From Escherichia phage vB_Eco_mar003J3, in sequence record NC_048203.1: a DNA stretch of 64,000 bases; one strand, given 5' to 3'. Positions 45,991-54,286 of this stretch are shown here, one piece after another. Position 1 is the first letter of the stretch. Each line of letters opens with the position of its first letter. Below the pieces are notes generated by a model. That model was not told where the DNA came from. It made no database searches and was given only the letters and a program-made list of their open reading frames with translations. Both the position numbers and the translations under genes were made by a program.

Positions 45991-46756
45991 GTCTTGGGGC
46001 GAAACTACTGGCGGTTCTAACGATAAAATCGACTTCCTGAAATTCAACAACGGTGTAACTCGTGTTCGTATCGTTTCTGGTGTTCTTCCACGTTATGTCT
46101 ACTGGCTGACTAACAAAGATGGTAATGCAGCTCCGTTTGAGTGCCTGCGTTTCAACCGTACTAAAGAGAGCTTCATCCGCGGTAAAGCTGACCCGATTCA
46201 CGAAATGGGCTTCTTCGAAAAAGAGCTGGACAAAGATGGTAATCGTGTTCCGCTGAAACCGAAGAAAAACTACATCGCCTTCGTTATCGACCGTTCCGAT
46301 AACAAACTGAAAGTTATGGAAGTTAAAGCTACTATCCTGAAAGGCATCCAGTCTATCATGAAGCAGCTTGAACTGGCAGATCCATTCGATATCGATATTT
46401 CTATCGAGAAGAAAGGTAAAGGCTTCGATACTGAGTACGATGTACAGCAGATCGCAGCAATGCAGTTCCAGATGAAACTGAAAGATCCTACCAGTGCTGA
46501 GTCTAAACTGCACGCCGCTGATGTTGATATCCTCGGTGAAGCTATGTGTGATGATACTGGTGAGTTCATCAAGTTCGAAAAAGTTCCTTCTCTGGAAGAA
46601 ACCTACCCGGTTCCGTCCTATGAAGAGCAGAAAGAAGCTATTCTCGCCTTCATGGAAGGTCGTGAGAAGCAAGACGGCGGTGACGCTAAGTCTGGTGGAG
46701 ATGCTGGTTCTCAGAAAGGCATCGACGCTGAAGCTGCTAGCGATCTGGACGACTAA
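45983..46756 (+). CDS. putative single-stranded DNA-binding protein
   Basis: 257 aa; acidic C-terminal tail ...EAASDLDD typical of SSBs. Confidence 0.4.
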   Translation: MAKSWGETTGGSNDKIDFLKFNNGVTRVRIVSGVLPRYVYWLTNKDGNAAPFECLRFNRTKESFIRGKADPIHEMGFFEKELDKDGNRVPLKPKKNYIAFVIDRSDNKLKVMEVKATILKGIQSIMKQLELADPFDIDISIEKKGKGFDTEYDVQQIAAMQFQMKLKDPTSAESKLHAADVDILGEAMCDDTGEFIKFEKVPSLEETYPVPSYEEQKEAILAFMEGREKQDGGDAKSGGDAGSQKGIDAEAASDLDD

Positions 46757-46762
46757 TAAACC

Positions 46763-46790
46763 AAGGGGAGCTACGGCTCCCTTTCTTTTT
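46763..46790 (+). terminator. rho-independent terminator
   Basis: GGGGAGC-tacg-GCTCCC then TTTCTTTTT. Confidence 0.6.
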
Positions 46791-46795
46791 AACTT

Positions 46796-47773
46796 ATGAA
46801 AATACTATTTAGTGCTGATCATCATATCAAATTAGGACAAGATAAAGTTCCAAAGGAATGGCAGAAGCGTCGCTTCCTGATGCTAGGAGAACGGTTAAAT
46901 GACATATTCCATAATCATAACTGTGATCTGCATATTGCTGGTGGTGATATTCTTGATGTTGCCGACCCATCGTCGGAAGAAATAGAACTTCTTGAACAGT
47001 TCATGTCAAGGCTTGACCATCCAGGCAAGATCTTCACTGGGAATCATGAAATGTTAACTAAAACTATTTCATGTCTGTATCATTATGCAGGAGTTATTAA
47101 TAAAGTAACAAACGGAAATTGGGAAGTCATTAATAAACCATATCGTTCTCCTGAATTTGATATTATCCCTTATGATGAAATCCACAAACCAAAGTGGAAA
47201 CCATCTGAGTCAAAATTATGTTTCACGCATGTTCGTGGTGAAATCCCTCCACATGTAAAACCAGAGATTGATCTAACGAGGTATAACTGTTATGACATTG
47301 TAATTGCTGGCGATTTACATTCTTATACTAATAGTCAAACTGTTGGTTCTACTAGACTTCTTTATCCAGGATCTCCACTAACTACATCGTTCCATAGAGA
47401 ACGCACAAAAGGTACAAATGGTTGTTTTATCATTGATACCGACACATTAAAAGTAGAATGGATTGAACTTGGTGACTTACCACAACTGATTCGTAAAACA
47501 ATCGGAGTTGGTGAGGAAATGGAGCCTAGTGACTATGACCGTGTAATTTATGAAGTCACTGGTGACGTCGTTCAGTTAAAGTCTATCAAAGATTCCGATC
47601 TCTTAGATAAAAAGATTAACCATCGAGTTACTAAAGATGCTAAGTTAAATCTTGTCGATCTTGATATGTTAGGCGAGCTTGAGCTTTACTTCCGTGAAGT
47701 TGAAAAGCTGTCTCAAGGCGACATTGATAGAATCTTAGCTAGAGCTGCTAAATATGTCAAAGATTACAATTAA
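46796..47773 (+). CDS. SbcD/Mre11-like nuclease subunit
   Basis: 325 aa; metallophosphatase start LFSADHH and GNHE motif. Confidence 0.8.
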   Translation: MKILFSADHHIKLGQDKVPKEWQKRRFLMLGERLNDIFHNHNCDLHIAGGDILDVADPSSEEIELLEQFMSRLDHPGKIFTGNHEMLTKTISCLYHYAGVINKVTNGNWEVINKPYRSPEFDIIPYDEIHKPKWKPSESKLCFTHVRGEIPPHVKPEIDLTRYNCYDIVIAGDLHSYTNSQTVGSTRLLYPGSPLTTSFHRERTKGTNGCFIIDTDTLKVEWIELGDLPQLIRKTIGVGEEMEPSDYDRVIYEVTGDVVQLKSIKDSDLLDKKINHRVTKDAKLNLVDLDMLGELELYFREVEKLSQGDIDRILARAAKYVKDYN

Positions 47774-49592
47774 GACACTAAAATTCAGCAACGTTATGTC
47801 TTACGGTAAGGATATCGTAATTCATTTCGATAAGAATCCAGTTACTCAGTTAATCGGAGGAAACGGTCTAGGGAAGTCCACTATTGCTACTGTTATTGAG
47901 GAATTGTTTTATAACAAGAACTCACGTGGTATCAAGAAGGACGCCCTATTCTCTTGGGGTTCTCCGAAGAAAGAGTATGATATGCACGCTTACTTCTCGA
48001 AAGATGAAGATGAGTATGAATTGCATAAAGTAGTTAAATCAACTGCTAAGGTTACGCTGATTAAGAACGGAGAAGATATCAGTGGACACACAGCAACTCA
48101 AACGTACAAGATGATTGAAGAGATTATGGGTGGTGACTTCCAAACATTCACTAAACTGATCTATCAATCTGTTGGTTCCAATCTAGACTTCCTCAAAGCA
48201 ACTGATGCAACACGTAAAGCTTTTCTTGTTAATCTGTTCAATCAGGAACAGTATAAAGAGATGTCAGAAACTATTAAGGCTGATCGTAAAGAAGTGGCAA
48301 GTACGTTAAGTAACTTGCAAGGCCAGATGGCCGTAATTACGAAGATCCTCAATGGAAAAGGTAATCTCGGAAGTTTACAAGAGCCAGTTGAAGTTCCAGA
48401 GTTTGAGGAAGAACCGTTAGCACAAGAACTTACTGAATCGAAAATTAAGGCGGCATTAGCCAAGTCACAAGAGGCTAATATTACTAAACTTCGTAATTTG
48501 GACAAAGCTGTACAAGTTGCCGAACAATCTTTCGAGCCTTTCAAAAATTTCCCCGCGCCCACTGACCAATCTGAAGAGATCTCAAGTGTTACGCGTGACC
48601 TAACGATTGTTACCTCACGTGCAGGAGAAGTCAAGAAACGTTATCAGAAGTTCAAGCAAGAGGCTTCAAATACTGAATGTCCTACTTGTGGCACTCACCT
48701 TGATACAACTGCTGCTCAAAAAGCAATGGATATGGCTAGAACAGAATACGATCCTCTGTTTAAAGAGAAACAATCTCTTGAAGCTACATTGGAGCAGTTG
48801 AAGAAAGAACAAGTTGAGTATACTGCATATATTAGAGCTAAGGATGCTTTGGATAAGGCAGTAGCAGCTAGAGACGAGTTCAAAAATTCAATGAGTGATG
48901 CTTCTTTTGAAGAACTCAATGTGCAAATCCTACAGGTGCAAATCCGACAATTAGAACAGGAAATCGCAGATGGACGTTCTAAAGTTGCAATTGCCAAAGA
49001 GCATAATGCAAATGTCGAGTTAGCCAATGCAAAATATAAAGCGAAACTAGAACAGATTGAGAAAGCTGAGGCAGAAATGTCTGAGATAACGTCCAAACTG
49101 GATGGAGTATCAGAAGCTGTTGCTGATCTTGATATTCTGATCACTGCATTGAAAAATCTGGTAGGATATAAATTAGAGCATAGTGTGAAAGTATTTGAGG
49201 AATTGATTAATAAATATCTTTCTATTATGACTGGTGGTAAGTTCGCACTTGGATTTGAGCTTGATGAAACGAAATTACAAGTAGTAATCTTCAATGATGG
49301 GAACCGTACCAGTATGGAAAACTGCTCTACTGGTCAGCAAAGTAGAATTAACCTAGCAACTCTGTTAGCTATTCGAATGCTGTTAACATCTATTAGTAAA
49401 GTTAATATTAATCTTCTGTTCCTTGATGAAGTTATTAGCTTTATTGATACGAAAGGACTTGATACTCTCGTTGAATTATTAAATGAGGAAGATAGTCTGA
49501 ATTCTATCATTGTTTCTCATGGGCATACGCATCCATTAGCCCATAAGATTACTGTCAAAAAAGATGCAGAAGGATTTTCCTACTTAGAATAA
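47754..49592 (+). CDS. SbcC/Rad50-like ATPase subunit
   Basis: 612 aa; Walker A GGNGLGKST, coiled coil with CPTCG zinc hook, LLFLDEVISFID Walker B. Confidence 0.8.
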   Translation: MSKITIKTLKFSNVMSYGKDIVIHFDKNPVTQLIGGNGLGKSTIATVIEELFYNKNSRGIKKDALFSWGSPKKEYDMHAYFSKDEDEYELHKVVKSTAKVTLIKNGEDISGHTATQTYKMIEEIMGGDFQTFTKLIYQSVGSNLDFLKATDATRKAFLVNLFNQEQYKEMSETIKADRKEVASTLSNLQGQMAVITKILNGKGNLGSLQEPVEVPEFEEEPLAQELTESKIKAALAKSQEANITKLRNLDKAVQVAEQSFEPFKNFPAPTDQSEEISSVTRDLTIVTSRAGEVKKRYQKFKQEASNTECPTCGTHLDTTAAQKAMDMARTEYDPLFKEKQSLEATLEQLKKEQVEYTAYIRAKDALDKAVAARDEFKNSMSDASFEELNVQILQVQIRQLEQEIADGRSKVAIAKEHNANVELANAKYKAKLEQIEKAEAEMSEITSKLDGVSEAVADLDILITALKNLVGYKLEHSVKVFEELINKYLSIMTGGKFALGFELDETKLQVVIFNDGNRTSMENCSTGQQSRINLATLLAIRMLLTSISKVNINLLFLDEVISFIDTKGLDTLVELLNEEDSLNSIIVSHGHTHPLAHKITVKKDAEGFSYLE

Positions 49593-49595
49593 AAC

Positions 49596-50078
49596 ATGGC
49601 CGTAGATAGTAGAGAGAAAGGTAAACGTGGTGAATATCAGGTAAGAGATATACTGCGTGAACGTACAGGTCTTGAGTGGGAACGTGTTCCAGGCTCTGGT
49701 GCTTTTGGCCAGAGCCATGGACTGAAGGGTGACATCTACCTTCCACCACAGAGCGGACATATTAGTAAATACTGCTTCGAAGTTAAGTGGTATAAAGATG
49801 ATAACATATCAAGTAATTTATTTAACGTTGGTGAATCCACTCTAGAGAAGTGGTGGCAGCAGTGTTCCCGTGAAGGTGAACAGATGAACTCCAAACCAGC
49901 CTTAATATTCAAGAAAGACAGAGGACAGTGGTTAATTGCTTTGGGTAGCTCAGATCCTATGGTTGACAACTTAATGTGTCGTACCCATATGGTGTTAAAT
50001 AAGAAAGACATGGAAATCGTAATCGGGTTATTTGAACCATGGTTACACCACGCATCTGTTGAGGACTTAATTAAATAA
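49596..50078 (+). CDS. putative PD-(D/E)XK-type nuclease / resolvase-like protein
   Basis: 160 aa; GDIYL...FEVKW pattern; weak. Confidence 0.35.
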   Translation: MAVDSREKGKRGEYQVRDILRERTGLEWERVPGSGAFGQSHGLKGDIYLPPQSGHISKYCFEVKWYKDDNISSNLFNVGESTLEKWWQQCSREGEQMNSKPALIFKKDRGQWLIALGSSDPMVDNLMCRTHMVLNKKDMEIVIGLFEPWLHHASVEDLIK

Positions 50079-50953
50079 TGAGTAAATCCTGGGGAAAATT
50101 TATTGAAGAGGAAGAAGCTGAGCTGGCTTCTCGTCGCAACCTAATGATTGTTGATGGAACTAACTTAGGCTTCCGCTTCAAACATAATAATAGTAAGAAA
50201 CCATTCGCATCAAGTTATGTTTCTACAATTCAATCTCTAGCAAAATCCTACTCAGCTAGAACTACAATCGTTCTCGGTGATAAAGGAAAGTCTGTATTCC
50301 GTTTAGAGCACCTTCCTGATTATAAGGGCAACCGTGATGAAAAGTATGCTCAACGTACAGAAGAAGAGAAAGCACTAGATGAACAGTTCTTCGAGTATCT
50401 TCGTGATGCTTTCGAATTGTGTGAAACCACATTCCCAACTTTCACTATTCGTGGTGTAGAAGCAGACGATATGGCAGCTTATATTGTTAAGCTCATTGGT
50501 CATTTATATGATCATGTTTGGCTGATTTCTACTGATGGTGACTGGGATACTCTATTAACTGATCGAGTTTCTCGCTTCTCCTTTACCACACGTCGTGAGT
50601 ATCATCTTCGTGACATGTATGAACATCATAACGTTGACGATGTAGATCAGTTTATCTCTCTGAAAGCAATTATGGGAGATCTTGGTGATAACATCCGTGG
50701 TGTTGAAGGCATCGGTGCAAAACGTGGTTATAATATTATCCGTGAATTTGGTAATGTTCTGGATATTATTGATCAACTCCCTCTGCCTGGGAAACAGAAA
50801 TATATACAGAATCTGAACGCATCGGAGGAGTTGCTTTTCCGAAACTTGATTCTGGTTGATTTACCGACCTATTGTATAGATGCTATTGCTGCTGTGGGTC
50901 AAGACGTACTAGATAAGTTTACGAAAGATATTTTGGAGATCGCAGGACAATGA
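50078..50953 (+). CDS. flap endonuclease / 5'-3' exonuclease
   Basis: 291 aa; acidic clusters MIVDGTNL and STDGDWD; H3TH-like GIGAKRG. Confidence 0.85.
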   Translation: MSKSWGKFIEEEEAELASRRNLMIVDGTNLGFRFKHNNSKKPFASSYVSTIQSLAKSYSARTTIVLGDKGKSVFRLEHLPDYKGNRDEKYAQRTEEEKALDEQFFEYLRDAFELCETTFPTFTIRGVEADDMAAYIVKLIGHLYDHVWLISTDGDWDTLLTDRVSRFSFTTRREYHLRDMYEHHNVDDVDQFISLKAIMGDLGDNIRGVEGIGAKRGYNIIREFGNVLDIIDQLPLPGKQKYIQNLNASEELLFRNLILVDLPTYCIDAIAAVGQDVLDKFTKDILEIAGQ

Positions 50954-51396
50954 TTAAAATTAAACTAACTCATCCAGATTGCATGCCAAAGATTGGTTCT
51001 AATGATGCCGCAGGTATGGATCTGCGTGCATTCTTTGGTACTAACCTTGCAGCAGATTTACGTGCTATTGCACCAGGCAAATCCCTTATGATAGACACCG
51101 GTGTCGCGGTGGAAATTCCGCGAGGTTGGTTTGGTTTGGTAGTTCCTCGCAGCTCTTTAGGTAAGCGTAAACTGATGATCGCAAATACCGCAGGAGTGAT
51201 CGACTCAGACTACCGTGGTACTATTAAGATGAACCTGTTTAACTACGGTTCTGAAATGCAAACTCTGGAGAATTTCGAGAGACTTTGTCAGCTAGTGGTA
51301 CTACCACACTATTCAACCCATCATTTTGAAATCGTTGACGAACTAGAGGAGACTGATCGTGGAGAAGGCGGCTTTGGAAGCTCAGGAAGTAAGTAA
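50950..51396 (+). CDS. dut: dUTPase
   Basis: 148 aa; AGMDLRA, RSS, GVIDSDYRG, RGEGGFGSSG. Confidence 0.85.
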   Translation: MIKIKLTHPDCMPKIGSNDAAGMDLRAFFGTNLAADLRAIAPGKSLMIDTGVAVEIPRGWFGLVVPRSSLGKRKLMIANTAGVIDSDYRGTIKMNLFNYGSEMQTLENFERLCQLVVLPHYSTHHFEIVDELEETDRGEGGFGSSGSK

Positions 51397-51625
51397 TTTT
51401 GCAGATCCTAATATGATAGGAGTAGATGTAGATCAATCTAATTTTTACAAGATTGATATTAAATACGTTGAACCTGAGAAAATAGTATTGAGGGTTGATG
51501 TATCTGGTGTAGTAGAGCAGTGGGATGAAGAGGGATTTATCGCACTTTGCACTGAATCTCAGGATCCTATGCTTAAAGCTATGCTAGCAGTGTATAACTT
51601 AGGTATTATTGCAGGTAGTAGATAA
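51359..51625 (+). CDS. hypothetical protein (88 aa)
   Basis: Overlaps dut 3' end in another frame. Confidence 0.35.
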   Translation: MEKAALEAQEVSNFADPNMIGVDVDQSNFYKIDIKYVEPEKIVLRVDVSGVVEQWDEEGFIALCTESQDPMLKAMLAVYNLGIIAGSR

Positions 51626-51632
51626 TAATAAA

Positions 51633-51667
51633 CCCCAGTGGATTATCCACTGGGGTTTTCTTTTACT
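51633..51667. terminator. bidirectional terminator between convergent modules
   Basis: CCCCAGTGG-attat-CCACTGGGG flanked by T-runs on both strands. Confidence 0.65.
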
Positions 51668-52931
51668 TAGAACTTCTTAGTGCATTAAGTTCTCTCTGCA
51701 TATATTCTAACTGTTCCTTATAGTCCACTATTTGTTTTTGTAGTTCCTGTACAACTGTGATAATATCAGCCATAACAGCCTTATCATTTACGTTTAGAAT
51801 CTCAAATTCTTTTCCATTATCATCTACAGACTGACCCCCACTAAAAACATAAATAGGGTCAATAGCTTCCATCTGCTGTGCTAAATACCCACGCTGGGGA
51901 ACTACATTTCCTTTATATGTGAATTCTACAATCCCTATTTGTTCAATTCGTTCCCACGCACCCGATTTCGGCAATTTAAAATTGTCTTTGATACGAACAT
52001 CAGAACCTTGAATAGCAACTTGCCCTAAAGGAGTATGCATTGTGCTGTCCGCTCGCATAGAATACCAGAGATTTATATTATCAGATCTTGTTAATTGCCA
52101 TGTATATTGTGCGACTCCATCTACAGTATAAATGTAGTTGGCTACCGTACAGTCAGAGTTTTCAAGATGGGATAACTTGTTATGTCTAACACCGTCTAAC
52201 GACTCTTGGCTTTTTAGCTTTACAATTGTAGCAGTGTATGCGTCAGAATTCCCAAAAAGTGCTCGAGCTACAAGGTTTGATTGTGTTTCTAATCCATTCT
52301 GTGGTAGTAAAGTCCCTGGTATATAAAGGTGTCCATTAGAATTAAAACGCATTACTGCTGTATTTGTTCCATGTGCTTCAACCCTTGCTTCGGTAATTCC
52401 ATTTCCAATTGCTGCTTGTGCGTAGAAATCTGCACTAAAGTTATCGGTAGCTCCTACTTTATACTTTGAACTAACTCTGCCACCACTTACTACAGTATTC
52501 ACTGGGGGTAATACTGCATCGGCATTGTTAACACTCCAAGAAGTATTTGCCGCAACAAAACCACCAGATGCACGAATAACCCAAACACCAACAAAACTAC
52601 GTGGCAATATGTTGTTTTTTATTGAATATTTTCCATAGACTCCATCACTGGCCCCAGCGTTAATTGTTAATACTGCGTTGTTTCTTACTCTGCTAAAAGT
52701 ACCATCATTAGGTAAAAATGTATCTTCAACTGCAGAATTATATCCGAAAGCTCCGCTTACAGCTTTAGGTGCTGGTTGCCAAACTTTTCCGCTTGTATCG
52801 TTTGCTGCCGTACCATAAATATTAGGTGCTGCCGCTTCATAGACACGCCCATCTTCGGAAGAATTACCACCATCACCACGCCCAAAAAGACTTAACGTAG
52901 AATTTGGTTGCGCACCGTTCCGGTCAGGCAC
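51663..52931 (-). CDS. L-shaped tail fibre protein, distal part with C-terminal intramolecular chaperone domain
   Basis: 422 aa; in frame with 53013-53888 across one TAG; GTG start without convincing SD; C-terminus parallels LtfA. Confidence 0.6.
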   Translation of the reverse strand: MPDRNGAQPNSTLSLFGRGDGGNSSEDGRVYEAAAPNIYGTAANDTSGKVWQPAPKAVSGAFGYNSAVEDTFLPNDGTFSRVRNNAVLTINAGASDGVYGKYSIKNNILPRSFVGVWVIRASGGFVAANTSWSVNNADAVLPPVNTVVSGGRVSSKYKVGATDNFSADFYAQAAIGNGITEARVEAHGTNTAVMRFNSNGHLYIPGTLLPQNGLETQSNLVARALFGNSDAYTATIVKLKSQESLDGVRHNKLSHLENSDCTVANYIYTVDGVAQYTWQLTRSDNINLWYSMRADSTMHTPLGQVAIQGSDVRIKDNFKLPKSGAWERIEQIGIVEFTYKGNVVPQRGYLAQQMEAIDPIYVFSGGQSVDDNGKEFEILNVNDKAVMADIITVVQELQKQIVDYKEQLEYMQRELNALRSSK

Positions 52932-53012
52932 ACGGAATGTAGTAGATCCGTTACCCGTTGAATACCTACCTCGTTTTTCTGGGTCAGCAAGCCATTCAGC
53001 ATCGGAAATAGG

Positions 53013-53888
53013 CTATAACATTTGAGCGTATGCCCACAATTCAGGCCAGTCTGCGCGATTTAGCAATTGACCATCTGATAAGACTTCATATGGTTGAATA
53101 TACGCACGACTATCACGAAGATGGAAATCACCAACGCCATAGTTCATTACACCATTCATTGTCGGGCCGACAGTGCCTGTATTTACAAGGTTTTGCACCC
53201 AACGTTTCGTCGCTGCATCATAATCGTTAACTGGATCACCAGACAGTGGGGTAGGACCTTGGGGCCTAACAACAGACCATAAAGCTTCCCTATTGGTTAC
53301 TCCTGTACCTCCCTGTTCAACAGATAATGATATCCACTTGTTTTCTACGTCACTATACGCACCCCAAGCACCTGAATTCTGAATAGTTAACCTTGAGCTT
53401 TTATCTCCACTATACACTCGAGTTTCTGTTCCAAATTCCTGGCTAAATCTATCAAGTTCTAGTGCAGTTTTAGCCCCATCTACAGTAGAAGAACCAGTAC
53501 CACCCTGAGCAATAGTAATAGCTTTGGTAAGTGAATTTAGTTCTGTAATATCGTTATTAGCACCCTTACCTGCTTTAGTATCTAGGCCAGTATTAATACT
53601 CTCAATGGATGTGTTAATACCACCCAAGGCAGAATTAATACCACCAATAGACTCGTTAATGCTACTAACAGACTCATTAGTATTGTTAATAGAAGTATCA
53701 ATTCCACTTAGACGAGTGTTTAATTCTTGCTGATCTATATTATACTTAGAGATTTGTAAGTATTTAGAAGTTAATACAACAGCACCAGCCTCTCCATCAA
53801 CAGAGAAAACACCAGCAACAGCAGCATCTCTGTTAACTACAATATATGGCGCCATTGCGCCAGATTTAGGCATTAAATTACGTGACAT
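53013..53888 (-). CDS. L-shaped tail fibre protein, N-terminal part (ends at in-frame amber)
   Basis: 291 aa; SD AGGAAAT; GGTG repeats; stops at TAG inside a tail-collar-like motif. Confidence 0.6.
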   Translation of the reverse strand: MSRNLMPKSGAMAPYIVVNRDAAVAGVFSVDGEAGAVVLTSKYLQISKYNIDQQELNTRLSGIDTSINNTNESVSSINESIGGINSALGGINTSIESINTGLDTKAGKGANNDITELNSLTKAITIAQGGTGSSTVDGAKTALELDRFSQEFGTETRVYSGDKSSRLTIQNSGAWGAYSDVENKWISLSVEQGGTGVTNREALWSVVRPQGPTPLSGDPVNDYDAATKRWVQNLVNTGTVGPTMNGVMNYGVGDFHLRDSRAYIQPYEVLSDGQLLNRADWPELWAYAQML

Positions 53889-54286
53889 AAGATTTCCTAA
53901 TAAGATTAGAATTACTCCCTAATCTCTTGTAAACTTTTAGAGTAAAGTGCGAGTCCCTTCGCACAATAGGTTATTATGGAGTATTTTTTATTTTACTCAC
54001 TTCTGTTTCAAGTGTGGACACACAGTTAACTAAAGCTAGAGCTTGATTTACTTCCGTAAGAAGTTTCTTAAGAGTAGTAATCCCTCCCTTTAAGCTATCA
54101 ATTTCTTTTGCTTACTGGTCATTTTCATCCCTTAGCTGAAGAAGAGCTTCATGGTGTAGTACTCTGTCTTTTCATCGAACATGATGTTGTCCGCATATTG
54201 CCGAGTTTGATCGGACTGTATACTCACAACATCCGCGCGGATGTAAAAACCTGCAACAGCATGGTTTAGGAGGAATCCAAATGGTG

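Noticed and set aside
54229-54244. Perfect 16-bp palindrome ACATCCGCGCGGATGT as an intrinsic terminator after ltfA
   Set aside because: No U-tract follows it on the minus strand and only an A-run on the plus strand; more likely a protein-binding site or chance.
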